The position numbers were made by a program, and so were the translations under genes. From Callorhinchus milii (taxonomy: Eukaryota), in the NCBI RefSeq assembly GCF_018977255.1, contig NW_024704768.1, positions 2,790,001 to 2,854,000 of the forward strand: DNA of 64,000 nt, written 5' to 3'. This document shows, in pieces, positions 36,968 through 47,831 of the stretch (position 1 is the first letter of the stretch; every line of letters starts with the position of its first letter). Under the pieces are notes generated by a model. The model was not told the origin of the DNA, searched no databases, and saw nothing but the letters and a program-made list of their open reading frames with translations.

Positions 36968-39900
36968 TTAGGACCTCAGCTCTGTCATGGTCTCGGATGT
37001 CTTGATTCCGTCCTGTGATTCAATGGTCTTGACGATCACCTTCTTGCTGGTCGACACACCGTAGCCTCCGGACATCATCCCCCCGTAGCCTCCGGATGAG
37101 CCGGACGTCAATGAGGAGCTCTCCATCTGGAAGGCACCTCCTCCATAGCCGCCTCCCAGGCTGGAGCCGTTGGCCATTCCACCAAAGTGTGACTGCTGCT
37201 GGCCTGGAAACGGAGAACGCAGCAAAAGGGAATTGTTTCAAACCTCCATCTCTTTCTTTTGGGGTCAGCCGGATGCCGGACACATGCAAGAAACCCATCC
37301 CAGTGCTTAAGAGTTTCCAAACCAAACTGAGAATTCCACACATAGAAACAGGAGGAGGCCATTCAGCCCCTCGTACCTGTTCCGCCAGTCATGACTGATC
37401 TGTGCCTCAAGTCCAATTACCCGCCCTTGCCCCTTATCCCATAATACCCTGACCCAACAAATATCTATCCACCTCCGTCTTGAAGATGTGAATGGATCCA
37501 GACACAATCCACAGCCTTTTGGGGGAGAGAGTTCTACACATGGAAATGATTCCAGAGATAGGCTGTTGGAATGGATTGTAGTCTCGCTCTCTCTCACTGG
37601 AGGGACACATCCTGCTTACCTAATTCTGGAAAGTATTAGGCACAGGTTGGCAAGAGCCAACGCTTTTCCTTGCAGGGTTAACAGGAGCCGAGTGGGAAGA
37701 ATCCCCGGCCCCAGTCATTATTGACCCACAAAATAAGTAAAATAATAAGTGGTTGATCGATGCAAAGAAGCCTAAACATCCTTTTCTCCTGATCACGAGA
37801 GAGTCTGAGATCTTAATAGGAATTGACGGTTTTCTTACCCATTCCTTGGGATGTGTGGATGTTGAGGGTCTGGATGCCGGTGATAAGCCTGGACATAAAG
37901 TAGACATTTATATTAAGAAAGTCCCGAAATGAAGACCAGCGATTGTGCTGTGTTTACCCCCAGAGTCTGGTGATTAATGCTGTCGTCCTCCTGTTATAAT
38001 ACAGTCCTTGCGTTCTTAAAATCAACAGTAACGGCACAACACTGCCAGGTCATTAGTCATCACGGATATCATTCCTGTGTGGTGGCCGCTATGCGCAGGA
38101 AGTAACTCCGATGCCAGTTCCTGTGCTGGTGTGCTATGCGCAGCAAGTGTTAAGAATGCCGCTTCCTCTTCACTGCTCATGTGCCAAATACTGACCAGAC
38201 AGTGGCACAAGTGCCACAGATCTCTGGTATACAATGGGTTCACGATATAGTGCTCCAAGACCCTAACCCGCCGCGAGGGCGCCATATAAATGCACGTTGT
38301 TGTTGTTGCTATAGAGTGACCCACGCTGTATGTTCCAACGACTGTCGTCAGTCTGACTGTTGGTAATTTAGCCACAGGCTTGAGTCGTGTCTTACCTGTC
38401 TTCCTCTCCCTCCAGGAGTTTCCTGTAGGTGGCAATTTCGATGTCCAGAGCCAACTTGACGTTCATCAGTTCCTGGTATTCACGCAATTGGCGAGCCATG
38501 TCCTGCTTGGCCTTGACAATAGCGGCCTCCAGCTCTGTGATCCGCACCTTGACGTCACGGAGACTTATCTCACCGCGCTCCTCGGCTTCTGTAATCTCAG
38601 CCTCCAGCTTGGCACGCTGGGTGGAATCAAAGAGCAACTTTCAGCCGTCTGACAACAAGGGTCTGAAACCAACAGGGATTTACCCCATAATGACAACCGA
38701 TCCCGCAATAGACTTGTGTTCAGGCTTCACCTACCTGCGCTCTAAGCGCCTCGATATCAGAAGTCAGTCTCTGGATCATCCTGGTCAGGTCGGTGATCTC
38801 AGTCTTTGTTGAGCGAAGATCATCACCGAATTGTCCGGAGCTTGAGGACAGTTCCACCATCTGGAATGTGCAGGAAGTCCGTCAGTTACCCTGCGTTTCA
38901 GCAGCAGCTGAACAGACCTCAGTATTTGTGGGTTCAGTTTTGTACTTTGTATTCTCCGGTGTCAGTGAGAGAGCCTTCAGCCATTAATAGCCCTGTTCTC
39001 TGGAACCCCATCCTGGAGTCCCTCGGCCCCCCTTCCCCTCTGTCCCTTTAAAGTCCGCCTGAAGACTTCTCTTCTCAACCATGCTTTTTGGCCCCTTTCT
39101 TGCCCAACTCCCCCCCACCATCCCCGGCTCCATGAAACGCTTTGGGACCCATGTCCTCTCGCTTGGGAGGCGAGTGCTGTGATGGTGAGCTATGTGCCGG
39201 GAGCTCTGCGATGTCACTCCCTGTGATGGAGGGCTGTATATAAATGTACGGTTGTGGGCGTGTGGGTGTACCTTGGCGTTTCTCCACTCCTCGCACTGCT
39301 GTTTGGATCGTTGTGCTTGACGGTCATACTCGGCCTTGACCTCGGCGATAATCTGGTCAACATCCAGGTTGCGGTTGTTGTCCATTTCCACGGTAACAGA
39401 TGTATCCTGGATCTGAGCCTGCAGCTCACGGATTTCCTGGAGATTGAAACGGGAAGAGACGTGGGATCAGGAATATTCGAAACACCCGCTTTAGNAAAAA
39501 ATCTAACCTTAACTCGGGCCTTTCTGTTCATTTATTAGGTCGGGGAATTAAGGGATATGGGACAAGGGCGGGTGGTTGGAGTTGAGGTGCAGACCAGCCG
39601 CGATCTTATAGAATGGCAGAACAGGCTCAAGGGGCTGAATGTCCGACTCCTGTTTCTACTGTCAGGTGGTAAATCACAGGACACAAGCAATCATGTCATT
39701 AGTACCTCATCAAAGATGTTTCGCAGGAAGTTGATCTCATCGGTGAGACCTTCCAGTTTAGCTTCCAGCTCCACCTTGTTCATGTAAGACTCGTCGACAT
39801 CCTAGCGGAGGACAGAGAGACAGAGGACGTTCTTCAAGAAAAGTTTTTAACAAGTTTATATTTAAAGTAGTTCAGATAAATGGACCTCACGATTTACCTT

Positions 39901-41411
39901 CTTGATCAGGACAAACTCGTTTTCCATTTCGGTACGCTTGTTGATTTCATCTTCATACCTGTGACCAAACGAGCATTTTATTGACAGTGGCTTTATAGAA
40001 ACACGTCGTCAATATGATTGATCTATTCATAATTGTTATTAACCCCACGTCTGTGTAGCGGGGGTGGGCGGGGGGGAAGTTTAACCAGTTTACTTACTTG
40101 TTCTTGAAATCCTCAACCATAGATTGCATCTGCAGGAGACTGCCCTCTAGGTTCACCTTCTCCTGTCCCAGAGTTTCCAGCTGCCTCTTGAGGTTCTCAA
40201 TGTAAGCCTGGAACATGGAGTCGATGTTGGAGGCGTAGGTGCCCTGGTTCTGGAGGAATTCCAACTTGGTCTCCAGCATTTTATTGGTCTGTTCCAGCAT
40301 ACGGACCTGGGGATTGCAAGGTGGCTTTGTTAACGGGGGCCAGAAAAACAGGGGTCAACAACAACAACTTGCATTTACACAGCGCCCTTCACGCCGGGCG
40401 GGGTCTCGGAGCGCTTAGGAGGTGTCACGGGAAGGAGTGAGATGTGCAGAAAACGAGCTGGGCGGGGGGAATGGAGAGATATTGGAATGGGGAAAGGGGA
40501 GAGGAAATTGGGATGAGTTCTCGGCATAGTATATCGAAAATAAGGACAAAATGCAACGTAAGGCAATTCATAAATAAATAGTTACATGACCCCCAAGGGA
40601 TGGTCTATTAAGTGCGGCGATGAGAACAGAGTAGAGAGAGAAAGACGAGAATAATAATCCTTGCATTTGATGTATCTCCTTATCATGTCTTTGCTTGCGA
40701 GGCGAGCTCTCTGACCGCTACTCTACGGGAAAATTTTGTCTGCGCTCTCTCCTGAGTCATGTTTCTCCCCTGTTTCGAAACTCTATTTGGCGTGTGGGGT
40801 GAGGAAACTTGCTTAAGGTTTCACCCAAGTAGACAAGGTTTGGACGTACAGGCAGAGAGTGGGGGGTGTTGTGGGTGGGGTGTCATCAAAAGTGGTTTAA
40901 GATGCCATCTGATCGATGTGCAGATAAATACCTTATCGATGAAGCTGGCGAAGCGGTTGTTCAGCCCGAGGATCTGGTTCTTCTCCTGCTGCCTTTGGGC
41001 TTGGAGAGCGGGGTCCACTGGGGCGACGGTGGCATTGAGATCCAGGTTGACAGATGACCCAATTCCGATGCCAGTTCCGAAGCTGCCTCCCAAACCTCCA
41101 TAACCACCTGCGAAATTACCTCCCGCACTGCTTCCATACATTCCCATCATCCTGCCACCACCGCCACCAGCCATGGAGGAGGAATAGGACATTCGGCTTC
41201 TCGATGGACTGCCAATCAGGGACATCGCGCGTCTCCCTCCGCTCACTACTCTTGCTGAGGATCTCCTCATACCACCGCCCAACGCCACGCTGCCGATATT
41301 CAGACCACCACCGTAGTTGGAGCTACTACTACCACCGTAGCTACCACCACCACCGTAGCTGGAGCCACTGCTGGTGATCTTGGTGGTCGTGTAGCCTTTC
41401 CTCGTCGACAT
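36968..41411 (-). CDS. Type II keratin (K8-like), copy C; intact, 547 aa
   Basis: Exons: 41411-40932 (480), 40306-40098 (209), 39958-39898 (61), 39801-39706 (96), 39436-39272 (165), 38860-38735 (126), 38616-38396 (221), 37888-37839 (50), 37203-36968 (236); total 1644 nt in frame. Starts MSTRKGY. Tail ends [25 protein letters not shown], resembling the K8 VVKKIETRDGK motif. Confidence 0.95.
37341..37535 (-). mobile_element. CR1 3' fragment in intron 8 of copy C
   Basis: catagaaacaggaggaggccattcagcccctcg...cagccttttgggggagagagttc; homologous to 29610-29820. Confidence 0.7.
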
Positions 41412-41677
41412 CCTGCAATCTGGATTTTTTGCTCGAGGAGCGACAGGCGAGAGGAGAGTTAGAAGCAGAAGGTGTCTGTGAGGAGTTGAGCAGGTGCGGC
41501 GCTGCTTTTATCCGCTCTCTCTCCCAGCGCTGGGGCTGGGCCGGGTGTCAGGTAACAAGCGTCTCAATGGAGCAGAGCAGCCAAGGGAGGAGCCAATGGC
41601 CTGACATTGGGATAAGTTCTCACCTGCCCCACACCTGGCCCCGGCCTGTATCCTCAGGGCAGTTTGCAGTCCAAGTC
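41412..41677 (-). promoter_or_regulatory. 5' UTR and proximal promoter of copy C
   Basis: Same block as A/B; GATAAAA at 41512-41506; homology ends at ...gcagtccaagtc. Confidence 0.55.
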
Positions 41678-43542
41678 ACTCACTTAACTAAGCTTCCCAA
41701 CTGCACTCACATTACTTCAAACCTAATCGTAAAAGACCAGGACAAACCAACAAAGCAGAAGCACAAGGAAAAGCCATTTTTTTAAATATTCTGAAGTGGG
41801 TAAATTTGACCAATGACCCTGACAATCTGTGGCATTGCCCACAAAGGACCAGGCAATCTTTTCTTTTCATTATTGTTATTATTATTATTTAGGGCAAAAT
41901 TGTGCTCCAAAAATCATTTGGCATCGACAGACGGAAAACCCTTCAGCATCGTTGCTGATTGCTTCCAAATACAACTTGACTCGATGTTTTGCTAAAAGTC
42001 TCAACAGCAACAACAACAACAACAACAAGATTACATGTGTACAGCGCTTTCACGTCGGGAGGACATCCCAAGGCGCTGGACGGTGTACAGCATTTTAGAC
42101 CCGAGGCTGGGGTCAGGGGGGAGAAGGGAGGGGAGGGGAAGGGGGGGGGTGACCGATGGCACGGTCGAAGAGGAGGGTTTTGAGGCGGGACTTGAAGGAG
42201 GTTTTCCTCAAAGTGCTTCACAGGGTTTGCACCTTATAATAATAATATTAATAATCCTTGCACTTGACGTAGCGCCTTATCACCTCTTTGAGGCATCTCA
42301 AAGCCAGCCTCGTGCTTTGAGGGTGAAGACAGCAGCCAGTTTGCAAGCAAACATCCCACAAACAGCCATGGATTGAATGACCAATTTTACTGGGGCGGCT
42401 GGCGGGATTATTAGCCAGAGCCCCGGGGAGAGGAAAAAGCTCCCAAGCACGAGAAACATCACTTATCTATTTATTTTCCCTTCTGCCTTTTCACGCAGCA
42501 TTCGGGTCTGAGCGCATGAGGCTGCAGGGTATAAGGGGTTAACCCCAGCTGCTCAGCCGCACCCTTTGCTGTAGTCAGCAGAGCCAACGATTCACTGGGC
42601 AAAAATGCAATTTTTTTTTTCATACGCACTGGAACAAGCAAAAAAACTGAGGCAGAAAATGCCTTTTATTCTTTTTCACAAAAAAAAGAGACGAAAAAAT
42701 AAGTTCAAATCACCGTTTTTTCACATTTTCCCAAAAGAAACTGCTGTCGGGGAAACTTTTTTTTTCGCTTTGCAAAACTCCAGACGGTAATATTTATGCC
42801 CGGTATTATTTATTTACCCCCACACCCACCCATACACACACACACACACACACACACACTCATCTCTTTCCCCCCCCAACCCTAAAAAAGTCCCCTGTTG
42901 ACTTTCACCCACTCGTTCCTCTTTAAATTCACGGTCACTACACTTTACAGTTAAAAAAAAATGATCCCGCGTGATGTTTCGACTGCGAGTGGTGAGGGGG
43001 TGTCAAGTGGAAGGGTTATTATTTATCATGAATGCGTTCGGTTTGATTTAATCGGCGAAAAAAAACAAAAAACAGTGCTCCAAAGATCTTTCGGCTTCAA
43101 TAGGGTTCTCTTTCAATCATTGAGAGGGAGAGGGGTGAGAGGGGTGAGAGGGAGACGGTGGGGGAAGAGGAGCAGCTGCTGATTTTTAGTGGGTGTCTTT
43201 GCCCCGTTCCCACCACCCGGAGGATTGTATTGACACATCTCTCCGCTCTAAGGGGAAGGTATCGCTGAGACGCTTGTTGGTTTTGGATTGTCTGTCACTG
43301 CTGATCGATGCAAAGACCCGCCCGGCTTCTGCTTATGCAAAGCAGGGAGCCGCGGCTCTGAGGGAGCGGCCGAAAAGGTTACCACACTCGCAAAGAATGT
43401 GTCTCGCAGTCTGCCTGAAAGTGGTTCATCCGAGACCCACATAGAAGAAGTGTGTTTGCTTCCCAGCCGCTCGGCTCTGTGCGCTTGTTTGTTTGCCCGG
43501 CCGGGGTGTCCGACCCACTGGGAAACCCATCACCGTCGCTGT

Positions 43543-43867
43543 GGGGTCCTGTAGCTCAGTGGTCGGAGCGCTCGCTTTGCAAGCGAGAGACCTGGGTTCA
43601 ATTCCAGGCAGAGGGCGAAACCTCGGGCAAGTTTCCTTACTCCACACAGAGCCTAATAATAATCCCTCCAAAACCAAAAACAATAATAAATTGGTCATTT
43701 TCAATCCACGACTGTTTGTGGGACATCGCTGTGCGCAATCGGCCGCTGCGTTCGCCCACAAATATACAGTCGATTCACTTTACAGTGTGTTCTGTGAAGC
43801 GCTTTGGGACGTCCTCCCGACGTGAAAAGCGCTATATCAAATGCACAAATTATTATTATTATTATTA
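43543..43867 (+). mobile_element. Full-length tRNA(Ala-like)-derived SINE, short subfamily
   Basis: ggggtcctgtagctcagtggtcggagcgctcgctttgcaagcg...gggttcaattcc; L2-like tail and (TTA)n. Confidence 0.88.
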
Positions 43868-44250
43868 AGAGTCTCCGAACCCAACTGAGAATTCCATGCA
43901 TCCCACCCTCACATGGAAATCCCCGAGATAGGTCGTCGGAGTGGAATGCCCTCTCTCTCTCTCTCTCTCTCTGTGGAAGGACACACCCTGCTGATCTAAT
44001 CCTGGAGAGCATTAGGCGCAGGTTGGCGAGAGCTAAGGCTTGGCGGGGGGTGGCGGGGGGAGCCCAGAGTGTGCTTTGGGGGTAACCTGCTGGAGTCTAA
44101 CCGGCTAAAACCACACAGCTCGGCCATTGAGAGGGCTGTCTGGCAAGCTTTCCCGCTGCGTGTCCAACTAGGAACACCCAGCCTGTTAGGGCTTTGACTT
44201 GCAGGGTTAACAGGAGCTGAGTGGGATGATTCCTTGCGTCCAGTGACTGA
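43868..44250 (+). repeat. Unclassified interspersed repeat (best-preserved copy)
   Basis: Homologous segments at about 6240-6600 (-), 30620-30720 (-), 35670-35850, 37290-37720, 47240-47420 (-), 48000-48260 and 55760-56040. Confidence 0.75.
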
Positions 44251-44571
44251 TCTGCTGTTTTTTCCTGGTCCTTTTTTTTGTGTGTGTGTGTGTGTGTGTG
44301 TATGATTAATCTGCTTTTAGGTCATTTGTCCTTCCAAGTAACTTATGATAGCTATCTTGCCGACGAAAAAAAGATACACCCAGCCAGGAATAATACCTTG
44401 CAGAATTGGAACGCTCTGTGGCGTTCTGCTCAGTCAACGCCACACCTTCGTTCTTTCTGTGGTTCAGCAAATTCGTAGCATTTCAGCCCACCTTGTTGAA
44501 TTCAGCCTTAAGTTGTTTATTTCTCTCTCCCTTTCCCTTGCCCCCCCTCTCCGCCCTTTAATAAAGATTCC

Positions 44572-44912
44572 GGAGTCCTGTAGCTCAGTGGTTCGAGCCC
44601 TCGCCTCGCAAGCGAGTGGACCTGGGTTCGATTCCCAGGGCAGGTTTCCTTACTCCGCGCACGCGCCCCTGTTTACTCAGCAGTGATTAGGAAGCCGGTT
44701 GTCAGTCGATTGTCGGATCGCTTTTTCTGGGGCCCTAATAATCCATTGAACGAGAAAGCGGTCACGTCAATCCACGACTGTTTGCGGCGGACGCCGCCGC
44801 GCGCAATCGGCTGCCGCGGTTCGCCCGCAAAATACGCAGCCAATTGACTTTACGGCATGTGCTGTGAAGCGCTTTGAGACGTCTCGAAGACGCGATGAGG
44901 CACCGTGTCAAA

Positions 44913-44965
<53 letters not shown>

Positions 44966-44993
44966 CTATTATTATTATTATTATTATTATTAT
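44572..44993 (+). mobile_element. tRNA-derived SINE, long subfamily, with expanded (TTA/TCA)n tail
   Basis: ggagtcctgtagctcagtggttcgagccc...gggttcgattccc; trinucleotide tail of about 80 nt at 44913-44993. Confidence 0.85.
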
Positions 44994-45544
44994 TCTCCCA
45001 ACAAACCCGCGGCAAAAAAGAACAGCCTCAAAAATTGGGGGCTATGTTTGGCTAAAGCCGTCGGCGACTGCAGTTGTAGGCAAAACGTAACAGGTTATTT
45101 TGCAGACAGCAGCAACATGTCCAAGTAGCCGTTGAAGCGAGTGAATGATTTCTCGCCTGGGGTTTGTCAGCCAGAACACCTGGAGAGAGAGAGAGAGAGA
45201 AACGCCCTTCAATTTTGCAATACTGCCTCAAGATCTTTCAGCTCCACCCGAACAGGCGCAGACGTGACACAACAGCACCTCGAGCATTCCAGCTCTTGTC
45301 GTCCCAAGGCCCCCAACGCCCATCCCGCCCCTACCTCCGGCGCTGCCTTGGGGCATCGGGCCTCGACTTTGTTATGGTTGGCGTGGGAGTGGGGTGGGAG
45401 TGGGGTGGGAGTGGGGTGGGAGTGGGGCTTGAAGCTTGGGCTTCGGAGACGGGAGTGTGAGCCAAGCAGACGGAGGATTTTTAGATCGATCTCTGTGGTT
45501 TGTAATAATAATGATGCTAATGATCCTTGCGTTTGACACAACCA

Positions 45545-46090
45545 CAACGACAACAACAAGATGACATGGGTATAGCGCCTTTCACGTTGGGAGGACGTCC
45601 CAAGGCGCTGGACAGTGTATAGCATTTCAGACCCGAGCTGGGGTCAGGGGGTTGAAGGGAGGGGAGGGGAAGGGGGGGTGACCGATGGCATGGTCGAAGA
45701 GGAGGGTTTTGAGGTGAGACTTGAAGGAGGCTAAGGAGGGGGTGAGGCGGAGTGACTGGGGGATGGAGTTCCAGAGGTTGGGGGCAGAGTGGCTGAAGGC
45801 TCTCCCGCCAATGGTGGGGCGGGTGGGGCGGGGGTCGTGGAGCAGCCAGAGCCGGCTGAGCGGAGGGAGCGGGTGGGTTGGTAGGGGCTTAGGAGGTGGC
45901 AAAGGTAGAGTGGGGTGAGGCCATGGAGGGCTTTGTAGGTGAGGACCAGGATCTTGAACTGGATCCTCTGAAGGATAGGGAGCCAATGGAGTCGGGCGAG
46001 AGTGGGGGAGACGGGGTCACGGAGCTTGGTGCGGGAGAGGACACGGGCTGCAGAGTGCCTGTGGAGGGAGGAGTTGGGAAGGCCGACAAG
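45545..46090 (-). mobile_element. L2 LINE 3' fragment
   Basis: Reverse-complement homolog of 7850-8420 (GGRAFSHSAPNLWNSIPQSLR). Confidence 0.85.
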
Positions 46091-47798
46091 TAGGTCTCAA
46101 AGCGCTTCGCAGGATACACTGTAACGTGAAGCGCTCTGAGACGCCGTCCGGCGTGCAGGGCGCGATATAAATCCAAGTTGCTGTTGTTGTTAACGTGACT
46201 TGACTGTGTATTTTGCGGGCGAAACGCGGCAGCCAATTGCGCACGGCAGCCCTCCGCGCACAAACAGCCGTGGATTGAAGTGACTGATTGTATTGCTTTG
46301 CATGAAAAACAAAGGCTCTGAATCCATTTCGATTGGGAGCCTTTGATGAAATGTCCGAGGGCGTATAATATCTGTCTGTTTGAGTTGAGGCCGGCAGTGA
46401 GTTGCTAGGGCATGAGCTGCGATCGCATCAGCAGTTTCTGTAACCTGAAGCTTCGTGTGATGAATGGAAACTGGTTTGGTGAGCTTTAAAACATGGGGCG
46501 TTGGGGGCGGGGAGCGGAGGAGGGAGAGGGATGCGTTAAAAAGCTCATTTTCTACCCAAACTAATGTGTCCTGACTTGGGTTCAGTCACTGACCACTGTG
46601 CAGTCGTCAAAAATAACCACAAAAGGTACACGTGAAGCACCAAATGTTTGTTGGTTCTATGGAGCAGCGTTTTGCCATAAAAGCCCTGTCCTCAGTCCTC
46701 GTTCAAATGCGTCCAAACACACCCTCTTCCCCCACCTACTGAATCACCTGGCAAAGTTAATACGCAAACATATCCTGATCCTCAAAAGACACAAGACTAT
46801 AAAAATCTCTTACGCCCAGCTGAACAGGGCACAGACGGGGGGGAGCTCGGTTTTAACGTCTCCTCCAAAAGACATCGAGAGTTCCAAGTCCCAATGTCGG
46901 GGACTTGAACCCACACTTTTCTGATTCAGAGGCAAGAGTGCGACCAACTGAGCCAGGCTGACTTGTTGAATTGTTGTATGAAATCTTTGAGATAGGTTCC
47001 CCAGCCCGAAGGACCTGCATCAAATCCGAAGCTTTTTTATTATTAATATAATGTGGTGTTGCCCACAGCGTTGCATAGGTCTGTCAGCCTGGCCCGTGAG
47101 CTCCACGTGTCAGGTTTGGACTCGTAATGGTCTGTCCCAGACAAAGGCAAGTCAGCCTTCTCTGCGACGGTCTCTAGTCCCGGATCCTGAGCCAGGTGGG
47201 TCCGCAGTATTCCAGGGCGCTCACGGGTAGGGTGGTCTTAACCGGACAAGCTGCGGGAAAGCTTGCCAGACAATGTGTGGCTTTAGCTGGTTAGATTCCG
47301 GCAGTTACCCCCAACGCGCACGCTGGGCTCCCCCCAAGCCTTGGCTCTCGCCAACCTGGGTCTAATACTCTGGGGAATGAGCTAAGTAGGGTTCATCCCT
47401 CCAGGAGCGAGAGAGAGAGAGAGCATGCATTCTGCATCAAATGCAAGGATTAATATGATCATTCACCCCTCCACCGACGCTGGTTTGAACTCGTCAAGGT
47501 TAGAAAGGAATGAACTCATAGTCATATCGCTGACTTCAAGCCAAAAGCTTGTAAGATCCTTTGTGCAGTTTGCTTTTGGCTCGGCCTACAAAAACGAGAT
47601 CAGAACAGTAGAGTGGGAGGGGGAGAGGGAGGGTTGGGGAACGTAGTGACACATTAATTGTAAACCGATTCCATTTCCGAGCATCGCCAACTGGAGATTT
47701 AAAAACAAAAAAAATCCAGCAATTTTCCCACCTCCCTCCCACATCCACACACACAACACTCTGCATTGTTCACGGAGCGCAGTTAGTTACCTATCTGT

Positions 47799-47831
<33 letters not shown>

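Noticed and set aside
43543-43608. tRNA-Ala-like sequence (also 44572, 49964, 9624 minus strand, and others)
   Set aside because: Each continues into a SINE body and tail and lacks a proper acceptor stem; these are SINE heads, not tRNA genes.
44864-45128. Poly-Tyr/Ile/Leu ORFs
   Set aside because: Translations of a (TTA)n SINE tail.
45209-45300. Minus-strand peptide RVELKDLEAVLQN as a possible relic keratin exon
   Set aside because: Too short, with no flanking keratin motif or matching splice sites.
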